From the NCBI GenBank assembly GCA_964252035.1, contig OZ176201.1: 64,000 bases of DNA; one strand, 5' to 3'. Each line of letters opens with the position of its first letter. The stretch's first letter is position 1. A program made the translations under genes and the position numbers. Of this stretch, positions 36,101-63,951 are shown piece after piece. The notes beneath the pieces were generated by a model. The model saw nothing but the letters and a program-made list of their open reading frames with translations. It ran no database searches and was not told the DNA's origin. The DNA comes from Podarcis erhardii. Lineage: Eukaryota.

Positions 36101-39100
36101 GTCACTTTCATTGGGCAATAACTAAGTAGCAGAGCTGCTGGGTGCTCTCTAGCCAGCTCTTCCCTACTCCTGACAAATATTGGGGCAGGAGGCAAAGCTA
36201 ACCATTGCAGTGATTAGATGTAGAACAGCAGCAAGGATTTCCTTTAAGCAGGTCATATTTTTCTAGCCTAAGCAAGTAGCGTTAAAAACCACTATTTCAT
36301 TGCGCAGAGTTTTCTAGATAAGATGGCTGCCAGAAGCCGCTACGTGCTAGCCACTTATGTGAACTGAATGGAGGTATCTGGCTGGGTTTCCTGGCTGCCT
36401 GCCCCAGCCCTTCTCCTTCCCTCAGAGGAGATAGCAAACTTATCTAAATGCCTGCCATCCCATAGGCACTGACTGCTTGCAAGTGGGCATGGCAGTTGCA
36501 GCTCAAAGCACCAGTATCCACAGGAAACAACTGACACTAACCTCGAGGGTCATACACTGACACCTTCTTGTCATAGGTTCCCGTGACTAGAATGTCAGGC
36601 AGATATGAAAGGCACAGCACAGCTGCTTTTCCTCTAGAACAAGACAAGAAGGGAAGAATCAGGTGAAGGGCCAGAGCACACACTTCAAATAATATATGAA
36701 AGTCAGTCAACCTCTGCTTAGACTTAGACCTAGAACAATAGGATTTAGAAGTGGGATTTGCTAGTTCTCGTTTTGCTGCCTTCTATGCCGTCCTGTAGGA
36801 TGAAGCAACCATCCTCTTAATGCCTGCCACACATTAGCTGAGACTTCTGCCTCCCCTGACCTACAAATCAGAAGAACTAATTCTTTCCTATATGCAACAC
36901 ACAACTTTCCCCGTTTGCTCTTTCTGCCCTCTCCTGAATCCCTTCATCTGACTTTTTAGTGAGCTCTTGGGCTATAATGAATAAACAACAACAACAACAA
37001 AATTAGTGAAGGTCTAGAGTACCCAGTGCTGTCACCAACACCTTAAATCCTTTACTACAGGGGCAAAGCGATCCTGAATGATTCCACTTTTTTGCTCATC
37101 TTATTTACAGGCAAGTTTTCGTACCCCACACCCTTGCCTCTAATCCTCCTTAGCAACATTCTGTTCTGCCTAAACAACACAAGGCCTTCAGCCAAGCTAA
37201 ACCTCTCATGCATCAGCATTGCTAAATAATGTCCCCACAGATTCAACACAGAACACTGCAATGAGGCATCATACTCAGCTGAACATGTAGCAAAACTCCA
37301 TGTTCTGCCACTCCGAAGTGCTACTCCATTCACAGGGGAGAGCACAGAGGCAACCTTACTTGATTTCTCCACACTGTTGTCCATTAGCAGCTATGTCCCA
37401 CAGCTTCACTGTGCTGTCCCAGGAGCCAGAGCACACACGGTCATCTCTTGCAGCCAGTGACCAAACCCATCCCTATGCAGTGAAAAGAAAAAGCAAAAGC
37501 CATCGCTGCACTTCAGTCCTTCTTTTAGTAACACTGTGATTATCATTCTGGTGACATGTAAAGAACATGTGATCTTGCCCCACTGCAGAGGACAGCCCAA
37601 GAAGGTATGGACAGACCCAAATAATTAACTCTCTCCAGAAGATGAAAAAGGAATAGTTCATCTTTCTACTATCTTCCTCAACTGGTGAATGCAGCAAAAC
37701 AGACCAGCATGGATAGGGGACAATTGTGGGATTTCCCTTTTCAAAAGACAGACATTTTTAATGCAACTCTGCTTGGGTGTATGAAACTGGGTTTCGCTAA
37801 GTCAGGAAACAGACAGCAGTTCAGAATGGAGCAACTTGTCCAGCTCTGCATTACAGAATTTTTGAGCGTGGAATACACTGAATAGAAGTGCCTCAATATC
37901 TTCACCTTCTCCTAAGGGCTTGCTTCTCTCTAATCAGAAGGGACAGGGAAGAAGTGCAGCCTTCAGATATCATCTCCTTCCTGGACAGGATAGACCAGTT
38001 TTCCTCCAGGACAGACAACAACTATCCAGCCCCCTTCCCTCTCATAACAACTATTTACTGTGGGGCCAGATGCAAAAGGGTGTTGGCCATTTGGAGAGGC
38101 AACTTAAAGCTTTTTACACTTCTAACAGGCAACCAGTCTATTGTAGACTAACATGCTGTGTTTTCTGAAGGGATAGGGAAGGTAAAAGAATGCTGGGACA
38201 ATTAGGAGGGGGTGTTGATATTAAGAAGAGTGTGAACAACGAGAAGCAGTTATACGGTGGGAGAACTGCCACTCGCTGCAAGGCAGTGCCAGGTAAGAAA
38301 CAGATTGATCTGGGAGAACTGGCCTTGAATCTTTCAGATATGCTATTTCTGCTACTCATTAATCTTCTGTGTATTTAAGTGTTCTAGACGTTAGCAACAG
38401 TAGTGCTTCTGGATTAAACATTTACAGGATAGGATAATTATAGAATTAAAGTACTACCACTACATGACCTACGGGCCATAGACTCCAGACTCTGGTTACC
38501 TTGTGTGTGCCATTGCGCTCTGTCCCCAGTGCCTTCACCAGCACTTTTTCTGGTGCTTTGCCTAGCTCTCTCAGGTCCCACAAATTGACATTTCGGTCCC
38601 GAGAACCTGAGACACAGAGCTTCCCACCCTGGATACAATGAAAAACAACTGATTACTGTAAAATCTGAGCCACTGTCCCTCCTTCTTAAGATACTTCAAC
38701 AAACAATAATCAGGGTAGTGATATTCCAGCACATTGCAAAGTCATACAAAAATGTATCACCAAAGCTACTATTCCACAGTAAGGAGTGTGAACAAACAAA
38801 CAAATAAATCACAGAAGAAGTCTTTTTGTTTTAGTCAATCGTGTATTAGTAGAAGCAACATCAACATGTAAATCAACTTAAAGACGCTGTTCCGGTACAA
38901 CCAGTGTTTCTTCCTATAAGGGGCTTAATCATCGAGCTGTATAATGTAGTCTAGACAATATACAATCAATAGTTTAGACAAATCTGTCCCTCTGTGCATT
39001 TATTCCATAGGAAGAACAGAAAGAGGCTATGTAGCCTTCTATTTGCTGGCCCTCCTTCTTGAGAGGCAGGCACTAAACAAACAAACAAACAAAAACACCA

Positions 39101-41724
39101 CCTCTGCATGAAGGATATGCACAAGGACTTCCACATCAGGGCTTCTCCCTTCACCCCACACATCCACTGAAATTGGCTCAGGGTTGGCAGGGCAGGAGAA
39201 CTCCCAGAATAGTGCATGGAGGGAGGAGACCAGGATAATTCTTCCTACTCTCCATTCATGGAAGCCTCGGCTGGATCACACACCTTCCCTATGTGGAAGA
39301 ACACAACTGGACACAACCCACTAACTGTATAATTTTCAAACTGAACACTGTAATCATAAATGTTAACTTTTAAAAAAAGTAGTTAAGATGCATGCCATTG
39401 CTGGTATTCCACTCAGCATACCAGACCATGAATCCTCCCAGCTAAAATATTCTGGGTTGTAACCAACAAAATTATTGCATGAGCAGTGGAACAACTTCTC
39501 TCTCCTTCTCCTCTAGCTCTGGGGGTCTCCCAACCCTCCAAAGCAGATTTAGGGGTGCGCACTGGGGGAGGATGCAAAGTTTTGTTGAGTGAGCTGAAAT
39601 TGTTCCACTCATGCCATGTCCACTGTCAGTCTTAGAGGTTTAAATCCGGAGTCAGCCCTCTCTTCTAAGGAATGGAACTTCTGCTGATAATTTAGATGAA
39701 TGAATTTTGTAAGGCTGATTTCTCAGATGAGTAATCACAGAGAGGTTACGACAAAATAATATTCAGAACACACTCCTAACTTCATGACTGCTTGTTCACA
39801 GACTCTATCAATCCTTAACATTGTACAAATAAAAGCGGCACAGGAAATGTGACTTTTACCTGGAGCAGCAGCACAGAGTCAACTGATGCAAAGTGTCCCT
39901 CAGCAAGGGAAAAGTGCTCTGTGTTCCTGCCATTTTCTGCCCATTGTTGGAGGTGCTCCTCTAGTTCAATGCAGGCAGCTGGCCAGTTAAAGGCATCATC
40001 TGCTGAGACGTGAAAAAGGCATAAAGAGATGCTATTCTTCCTTTGGGCTTTGCAGAACAAACTCAGGCAAGGTAAGCAAATGTATATACAGTGGTACCTC
40101 GGGTTACAGACGCTTCAGGTTACAGACACTTCAGGTTACAGACCAGAAATAGTACCTCGGGTTAAGAACTTTGCTTCAGGATAAGAAGAGAAATCATGCT
40201 CCGGCGGTGCAGCAGCAGAGGGAGGCCCCATTAGCTAAAGTGGTGCTTCAGGTTAAGAACAGTTTCAGGTTAAGAACGGACCTCTGGAACAAATTAAGTT
40301 CTTAACCCAAGGTATCACTGTACTGTATCCTATTTACAACATTATCCATTGCTTTTCCATACAAGTGTCCTCAGAGAGAGAAAACGGTAGTTATATAACC
40401 ATAAAAGTGGGTTTTCATCAATTCGGAAAACTTTGGAGACTGAAAGGACATTATCTTTAATTGCAGAGCCAGCACTCAGTACTATCAGTTTGGTGTCAAC
40501 ATTACACCCAATTCTGGGCTCAACTGTAACTCTCTAAAAATTAAAGGCAGGTTGTCAATTTGAAACAAAAGAGGCATGGAATCTAAAGAGCAAGAATGGG
40601 CAGGAAGACACTTAGCCATAAATGTTTATAGAAAAATGTTTAAAAACCCACAGGAATACAGTGGTACCTCGGGTTAAGAACTTAATTCATTCTGGAGGTC
40701 CGTTCTTAACCTGAAACTGTTCTTAACCGGAGGTACCACTTTAGCTAATGGGGCCTCCCGCTGCTGCCATGCGATTTCTGTTCTCATCCTGAAGTAAAGT
40801 TCTTAACCCAAGGTACTATTTCTGGGTTAGTGGAGTCTGTAACCTGAAGCATCTGTAACCGGAAGCGTCTGTAACCCGAGGTACCACTGTACTAACTTCC
40901 ATCCATTTCAGCCTCCCTATCAGAAGTAACAGTGATTTCAGCTGCCAGTTGCCCTGGAACAGCAGAGTGGAAGGGCAGCATATTCTGGGTTCTGCCATTG
41001 GACACAGCCCAGTGAGACCAACAGACCCCACCCACTGTCCAAAGAAGGAGCAGCTGCAAGGAGTTTACTCCCTGACAGAAAAAAAACCCATAAGAACTTT
41101 GGCATCTAAGAACACATGAGTTCGCTTTATTCCTCCTCCATGCCCAATCCCATTTCTTTTTGTGCTGTGTCTTTTAGAATGCAGATCTGAGAACAGTGAT
41201 TATCTTATTATTGACAAAGCTGATCTGGAAAGGTTAGTTCATACTTGAGTTAACAATATAATAAAACATGGTAGGCAGAAAGGGAACCCACCTTCCACAA
41301 CTGGATAGCTGCTACCGATCCTCTTCAGCAGACGAATTCTCCAAGTGACTTCATCCTGCAGAATGTCCCTCAGTGTCTTGCAGACCAAAGGAAGGACACC
41401 CAGGACAAATCTGGGCTGCAGGTAGGAACAGATCTCCAAGATCAGCTCCAGAGGAAGAGATAACAGCCCTGAAGCTGTATCATCACTAACAGGAGACTTT
41501 TTCAGTTCCAGAGGAGGAGACCTGTGATCTGATACTTGGGCCTTATCACTTACTGAGAGAGATGTGGGAGGAAGGCACTGGGATGCCTGACTAGACTGGC
41601 TTGAAGATCCAAGAACACGTTCAATGTATTCCTGGGCCTGGGTATCTGGATCCTCTTTGCTCTCTGTGTCAGAATCATTATCAGAGTCTTGGTGTTCAGT
41701 AGAAGAATCAGGAGCAGCATCCAT
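33192..41724 (-). CDS. FBXW9: F-box/WD repeat-containing protein 9, 467 aa, 10 coding exons
   Basis: Exons 41292-41724, 39860-40002, 38500-38628, 37360-37472, 36542-36633, 35819-35967, 34721-34834, 34070-34159, 33484-33549, 33192-33266 (1404 nt, GT-AG, phases consistent). F-box [16 protein letters not shown]; WD40 repeats [59 protein letters not shown]; end [12 protein letters not shown]. Confidence 0.94.
34250..34463 (+). mobile_element. 5'-truncated Sauria SINE in an FBXW9 intron
   Basis: Sauria SINE body ending ccctttaccttta; TSD TTAGGCACTAG at 34242-34252 and 34462-34472. Confidence 0.8.
40089..40320. mobile_element. Tigger-like MITE (first of an inverted pair)
   Basis: TIRs CAGTGGTACCTCGGGTTA / TAACCCAAGGTATCACTG, TA flanks. 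Confidence 0.85.
40659..40889. mobile_element. Tigger-like MITE (second of an inverted pair)
   Basis: TIRs CAGTGGTACCTCGGGTTA / TAACCCGAGGTACCACTG. Its reverse complement aligns along the full length of 40089-40320. Confidence 0.85.
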
Positions 41725-41785
41725 ACCTGTATCAAGAACAAAAAGTGAGAGCTATGGTAAAATGTAAATCTATAATGATATACTA

Positions 41786-42036
41786 CAGTCGTACCTCAGA
41801 AGTCGAACGGAAACTGTTCCGGAAGTCCGTTTGACTTCCAAAATGTTTGAAAACCAAATCACAGCTTCTGATTGGCTGCAGGAAGCTCTTGCAGCCAATC
41901 AGAAGCTGCGGAAGCACCATCGGACGTTCGGTTTCCAGAATAACGTTTGCAAACCAGAATAATCACTTCTGGGTTTGCGGCGTTCGGGAGCCAAAACGTC
42001 CGAGTTTCAGGGCGTTTGGGATCCAAGGTATGATTG
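41786..42036. mobile_element. Tigger-like MITE of a different subfamily, with an internal 19-bp palindrome
   Basis: TIRs CAGTCGTACCTC / AAGGTATGATTG, TA flanks; internal CAGCTTCTGATTGGCTGCA (41862-41880) / TGCAGCCAATCAGAAGCTG (41890-41908). Confidence 0.75.
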
Positions 42037-42224
42037 TATTTTACTATCACTATAATTTTTCAGTAAGGGTACAACTATTTTTAATGGACAACAGATGTTT
42101 TATGAAGTGTAAGCAAAAAATATATTTTTACATGGGGCCTGTGCTTTTATCCACAAAACCAGAGGTGTAACTTCTTAAAAAAATAAACAACTAAATGGAC
42201 AACTGGAAGAATAAGATCTTATTT

Positions 42225-42418
42225 TATTAGTACATTTAATCCAATGAGCTCAAGTTGGCTCTCCTGCTCCCCATTTTATCCTCACAACAACCTTGTGAGG
42301 AAGGCTATGCTTTGAGACAATGGCTGGTCCAAAGTTCCCAGTGATCTTCATGGCAGAGTCGGGATTTTAACCTTGGACTCCAAGGTCCTAGTCCAATACA
42401 CTGACCACTACACCACAT
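42225..42418 (-). mobile_element. tRNA-derived CORE/MIR-like squamate SINE (degraded)
   Basis: cattttatcctcacaacaaccttgtgagg core, and a tRNA-like head tgtggtgtagtggtcag on the - strand. Confidence 0.6.
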
Positions 42419-43139
42419 CTATGCTTAGTTGTTCTCAAAGGTGTGGCAGGAGACGATGGCAAGTGTGGCAGAAAGATTCAAGGACTATCAAAGAAACATT
42501 TTAAAATTTCAGTGTAGTGTAGTATATACGGATATACAATCAGAAACAGTATCTATGCCTCTCTTCAAGAGCATTGGCTATTTTTCTGCAGTTCTCCACG
42601 ACAAATTGAAGTGAACAGGGATTTTCAACTCTGACAAATTTAAAAGATCAGAAAAGAGAAAGGTTTCTTTGTGTTCTGAGATGCGTTTGTTTCAAATTTG
42701 ACCTAATATAAATGAGATTACCCAGCAAATGCAAGCTCACGCCCCTCTCATTGAGGTATATATTTTGTGAATCGCCCTGAGATCTATGGATGAAGGATGG
42801 CATTATAAAATATGCAAGAGGCTCGTTTACAATTATATTTTGGGAATGATTCATGTTCTTACGTAGCTGTATTGTTTTATACAGCAGAACCTGCATGTGG
42901 ATAAGGAATTTGGGGGCAGACTATCGCCCCTTTTTCGCACTGACAGGTCGGAAAGGAGCCATGTTCTCTTTCCTAAGTAATAAGAGATGATAACCAAGTG
43001 GAGGAGGAATGATTATTTCCGCTTCCCAATCCAAGAATCATCCTGCAGAAGTCCGGGAGGCAAAGCAGGAGGACGTTGCAGGCAGGTACAAAGAGAAATG
43101 CCAAATCCAACTCGCAGGTAATCCCATAAGCAGCGCAGG

Positions 43140-43690
43140 AGTCACACCCGCCCCGGAAGCCATGGAAAAGGCTGGGCAGTGCCTAGGCGAAGACGGCGGA
43201 GACCGACGCCCGCCCGCCCGCCCGCCCTCCTTCCACCCCGCGGTGCTTTCCTGCCTCCTTTCTGCCCCATGGCCCCTCTCACCCGTGGGCCGAGCTGCCT
43301 CGACCTTTCTCCCGAAGCGGAGCGGCGAGTATCATGGAGTCAAGGCAGCCTCTCCAGGATCCTGACAGGGCTGAGCCGCCGCCTTCTCGCGTCTCGTCTC
43401 CAAGGAGAAAACACTTCCGGCGCGGCGTAGTGACGTCAGAAGCCCGGCTCTCTGCCGAGTCCGACCATTTCAGGCCAGGCGGCTCCGCGCTGCCTTCGGG
43501 ACCACTGCGGCGTGTTGCGTGTCGCGTGTCGGGGACCAGGGAGCAACCCAGGGCTGCTAAAGCGGTGTTTTCGCGCAGCGGCTGCTGCCTCCGGTCAACG
43601 GGATCAGGTCGAGGCCGCTTAGGCGTGTCAAAGGAAGGCCCGGCTTCCCTCTTAGTAGGCACGTAAAAGCACAGGATCGCCATTTCAGTA
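43140..43690 (-). promoter_or_regulatory. FBXW9 CpG-island promoter and probable non-coding exon 1
   Basis: Full CRE TGACGTCA 43431-43438 and ETS ACTTCCGG 43413-43420. The - strand donor CACGG|GTGAGA suggests exon 1 ends at 43283. The exon 2 acceptor is at 41726, 2 nt before the ATG. Confidence 0.7.
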
Positions 43691-44448
43691 TTGACCGAGT
43701 AGTTATAGTACTATCTTGTAAGCTTAGTTTATTCCTTTGCCGTAACTGGCTGCGATTTGCTAATGGTTAGTAAGACAAACATGGACAGCTCAAAAGACAA
43801 GATTAAGAACATGTCTTCAGACTAGGTTTTAAATAATATAAGGCAACTGCAGCCATTTATAGTTTTGGAATAGTTGTTTTCATCATAGAACTGTAGAGTT
43901 GGAAGAGTCCACGAGGGTAAGAGTCCAACCCTCTGCAATGCAGGAATCTCTTGCCCAACGTGGGGCAATGTCTTTTAAAACTACAAACTGACATGCGTTT
44001 GAGTGACATGTTCTAATCAGTAAATATTAGTATGAGCCAATAGGGACGTTCGCAATCAATGAGTGTACAGTCCATGTGCACACTAGTTGAGCTGGACAAA
44101 GGAAAAAATGTGCACTCTTCCACACATAACACTTCTGTATGTACAGACAGCTTGCACCAGTGTTCAGTGCAATGTGCGAACATGCCCAATATGCTGGTGT
44201 CAGATTTTTTTACCTAAGAAAATGGGAATTGGATAATGTACACACATAACCTTCACACTGGTAAATAAAACTGTAATGGAGCTTACGTCAACAGAACTTC
44301 CCAAAAGCCCTTAAGCATCAAGGTCTAATTTTCTGAACATGTTAGTCACCAGTGAGGAAGAACTTGTTCAGAAAAGTGAATTACTACTGTTAGCCATACT
44401 AATAACTCAATAGTAGTATATTAATTAACAACACAAGCTTTTTAATGA

Positions 44449-44610
44449 TAGGTAAAGGGACCCCTGACAGTTAAGTCGAGTTGCGAACGACTCGGGGGTT
44501 GTGGCGCTCATCTCGCTCTACAGACTGAGGGAGCCAGCATTTGTCTGCTCCGCAGTTTTTCCCGGTCATGTGGCCAGCATGACTAAGCTGCTTCTGGCGC
44601 ACCCACGTCC
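44449..44610 (-). mobile_element. Internally deleted Sauria SINE
   Basis: Tail (ggtaaagggacccct) and extreme head (cacccacgtccc) are both present but the middle is missing; TSD CTTTTTAATGA at 44438-44448 and 44611-44621. Confidence 0.75.
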
Positions 44611-44903
44611 CTTTTTAATGACAGTTACTGTATATTTAGAATGGGAACAGGTCTTCTACCATTCTCTCCTACTGAAGCCCACTAGGCTTGCCAGGAATAG
44701 TTAAGGCCTTATGCTGTTTCAAAAGGACTGCAAGTCAGTCTCGCCCCTAGAATTCAATGTAGATGTGGATTTCTCAGGAAACTGCCTTTCTAATCTGCCT
44801 TTTTCTGAAAAGTTTGTTAAGAATCTGCATTGATTGCCTGTTGACCTGGACTCAATTCAAGGTGCTGGTCAATAAAGCCAAAGGGATTTAAGCAGCTTCA
44901 GCC

Positions 44904-44909
44904 TTTATT
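44904..44909 (-). terminator. Candidate distal TNPO2 polyadenylation signal AATAAA
   Basis: tttatt on the + strand. It would imply a terminal 3' UTR exon of about 3.2 kb. Another AATAAA lies near 47014. Confidence 0.45.
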
Positions 44910-47900
44910 GGCAAAGACATACAACTAAGGATTAGAGGAAGCACACCAAGGTAAATCACGAATTAATGATGTCACTTTGGGATATTTATATGTGGTGGAA
45001 ATACAATTACATCATCCCACATAACACTGGTGCACTTCTGAGCTAATGGGTATATAATCATTCTACCAATATAAAAGTTGGCATTGTGACAATTTGAAAA
45101 TTCTATTAAATCCAACTAGAAGAGGGTTTGCAGCTTCCCACGTAATGTCAGAAGTACTACCCTCATAATAGAGCAGGCCAATAGAAGAGTTAGTAAAGAC
45201 TTAATAAAATTAAGTTTCAACTTATATGGGTTATATCATGGACCTACTGCATAAAGCCAAATTTGTGTACTGTATAGTCAAAACACACTTTCCCAAGGTG
45301 AGTGCAGTGGCAGGTGAGATTGCCAAGATTCCCCCTGCCCCTCAGACACCCACCCCCTTTAAATTTTTTTCTGGGTAAGCACGTAAAGCTGAATTCACAA
45401 AAGTTAAATGTGTTTAAATTGTGAGTTGATTGGGTTTTTTTGAATTCTACAGTAAGAAAGGCTCTTCAGCCTGGTTGAATTTTCTGGCCACTCAGACCTG
45501 TGCCAGAAATATACAAAACATTCAGTTATGGGGTGAAAAACTGGGCAGAAACATGGAAACTGGAGTCACAAGAATTTTTTAGTTGACAAAAAAATTATAC
45601 ATAAAATGAGAAAAATCTCATTTGAGCAAGGTGCAAGCAGCTGCTTCAACACTAGGTACACTGCAGTTCCACCATTGGAAACATTACGGCACATTTACAA
45701 ATATACAAATCCAGGATTAACGAACAGGAGGCAATACTAGAAGCACTTGTACAAAAGACAAATTTCATTTCAAGAGGCAGTCAGGTCAAGTAGCTTAAAC
45801 TTCACTGGATGAATGAAGAGTTCACAAGCCTTCAGTTGAGAAGCACAAGCCAGGACTCTGCCTGCCATCTGTGCACATTTCTTGCCCATTTTAAAAACCA
45901 CTTGCTTCCCAAATAGAACCCTCTGGCTTTCCCCGTTGCAGGATTGGGAAAGTTGAAACTGAGGCACGAGAGGGAACGCTTATAATAAAATCATTAAAAT
46001 GCAAAGAACTAGCCGATTGCTTCCAGAGACCTGCTCGAGTTCCACACTATTAAAAAGACGAATTGAGGAATGCATTTGCAAGTTTACTATCATTTTTTTT
46101 TTTTTGAACTAGCTATCCTAGAAGAGTGCAGGGGTGTCCCTAGCAACTGGATTCAAGGATTAGGAGAGCAGCTTTCACTTAGGTATGTGCTGCCTCCAAG
46201 TTTAAAAAAAAGCCTGCACAATAATGCCCCAGCAAGTTCTATGACAAATCTCCAAGAACTGCAAGCACTACAACATGTGAAACAGAGGCCAGGGATAGAA
46301 AGAAAAAGGAGATGGGAGGGGATATCAGTGAAGTTTAAGTTACTGAGCAATCTCACAAATACACTTTCAGAAATTCACCCCACTATACTCAGTGTCACTG
46401 TCAATTGCTGTCCAAGAAAGCATCTCCTTATCCCAGAACACGGGTGTCCATCCTCTGTCACATATATCTTCTTCAGTCATCCCACCACTGTATCTACCAT
46501 CACCAAAGCAATACAGGATATGAGGCACAGTTCAACCCAGTTGTCTGGCTACCAATCCTGATGCTGCTTAAGTTCCTTTGGGATCTGCTCTGAAGAAAGC
46601 TGGGGCTGGGGCTCAGTTCCCTTGTCTCTTCTTCCTCAGCACGCTGCCTGCTGGCAATCATTTCCTTGGGCGAACTCTATTCATGTTGACTCTGCAGAAC
46701 ATTCCTGGTGACTATTTTTTCATCCCCAGCACTTCCCACTTTTCCAGAAGTTGCTCTCATCAGGTGAAGCAGTATCCCCTTTTCCCCATAACCTAGCTGC
46801 CTTTGGGAAAACAGGCTTGCTTCCACTTCACATCCTCTTCACTTACAATTAAAAAGCTATGGCTTCACTAACTCAAATTCATTCAGCAAACCCCAGATTC
46901 TATTTCCAGGGACCGAACAGATTTGGGTCTAATGAGAATTATTTAAGACAGCAACTCCACTAAGCATGCAGCAAAAGCTACGAGCTTCCACTGGCCATGC
47001 ATGGAGGGCTCTATTTTATTAATTCCTCTATGCTTTGCTATGTTTACTGCTCCTTTTGTAAACCAAAGTGGTGGATGCGGCATAGAACTCCCTTAAGACA
47101 GAAAGTTTAAATCACCATTATGTATGTACAAATGCCATTCTGACCCCCAATAGCGCAGGATACAACATAACGTGTGCCATATAAAAATGACCGAGTGCAC
47201 ACTGGTCTCCACCAGCCTTTGGCCTATGGACAGATGGAATTCAGTTTCCTTCCTTGCTCTCTCCTGCCTCCTGCAGCTGAAGTAATGCAATAGCAGTGTC
47301 ACAAAGTAACAGCTGAACAACAGGGTAACAGATTCATTGCACTGCGGCATCTTCTTAAAAAATAAAGACATGCTTCTCCAACAGTATTTCTTATGATAGG
47401 GACTGCTCCCTAGATGGCTGGCAGGTCCCCACAAAGTCAGAGGCTGCCTTTGCTCCAAGCATCACATCCAGCACACAGTGCCATGGCAACTATGGCAAAA
47501 AGGGTTTGTGGGTTTCCTTAAGATTCCTAGATGAAAATGCTTACACTTAGTCATTATGGGCTACTCACAGGTTCACTAGTCTACTTCTTGGTCACCATGC
47601 AGTCTTGAAAAGGTGAATAGCTGATCTCTTGAACACCGGTGACTGGAAATATACAGCAGTATAACCCCCTTGGATTGAGTTTTAACTCTTCCCTCTTCAT
47701 CAGCTGGTTTTAAACCATTGTATCTTTTAATCCCATTTTAACATCTTAAACCCGATCCTTTATTTATTATTATTATTATTTATTAGCTAGTCCTTTATGA
47801 TGGCCCCTAGTTAGATCCCCTTCTCAAGAGTGTTGCAGTTTAAGATTGCTCCCCTTTCTCAGCCCAGGTCCGAGTCCCACCCCACCCCATTCCACCAACG

Positions 47901-48720
47901 ATGGCCTCTGAGTAGAGACCTTTTCCTTCCGCTAGTGAGATACCCTGGTTTTTGTTTAAATTGGTCACGGAGGCCCACCCTCCCCCCCAACTTTGTAAAT
48001 TTCAGGAGATGGGGAGTGAAGTCATTTTATGTCCCACAATGCTCTTCCCGTCCTCCCTAACCCCCCATTAACAGGGATTTGTAACACTGGGTTGTGGACG
48101 AGTTCCCAGTATTCCTCCCAGCGCACACAGGAACCTGAGAAAAAAAGACAGTCAGTATTAAATAAAAGTAACCAGCAGAGCACATTAGAGCCCGACTCCC
48201 ACTTTCACAGCATGTTGCTCATGCTATCTACTAGTATGTCTGCAGGATACACAGCCACAACTAACTTGGGCAGACTGATTGCCGTACTGGCAAATTGGGG
48301 TCAAAGCCGGAGTAGAGTGGACTTTGAACTCTTCCGCTACATTAATTCATAAGCAAATATTAATACGGAAGGCCGGAACCTCAAATATCAGGATAAGGGG
48401 AATTGTGGCTGGGGAATGTGGGCTTTCCTGCACTGCCATCTCCCGACACATCCCACAAGGGTAGTAGATTGCTTCCTATATGGGATATTTGATCTCCACA
48501 TTCACATTCTCAAGAGCCTCTGCTCAGTATCACTGAAGCACAGATTCTGCATCACTGAGAGGACAACTGACTATAAGCTGGCCTACATCTTTCCATCTCA
48601 ATTAGCTCCAACATTCAATTCATTCTTCCTACTTTGGTCACTCCATTCCCTTCTTAGGGCTTTTCTCCCTCTCCCATCTCACCGAATATGGGACTTACCG
48701 AGTACGGTTTCACTGTTTGC

Positions 48721-63951
<15,231 letters not shown>

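Noticed and set aside
48260-48300. CGTACTGGC motif as another SNORD41 copy in the 3' UTR intron
   Set aside because: Wrong strand relative to TNPO2, and no C/D boxes or terminal stem.
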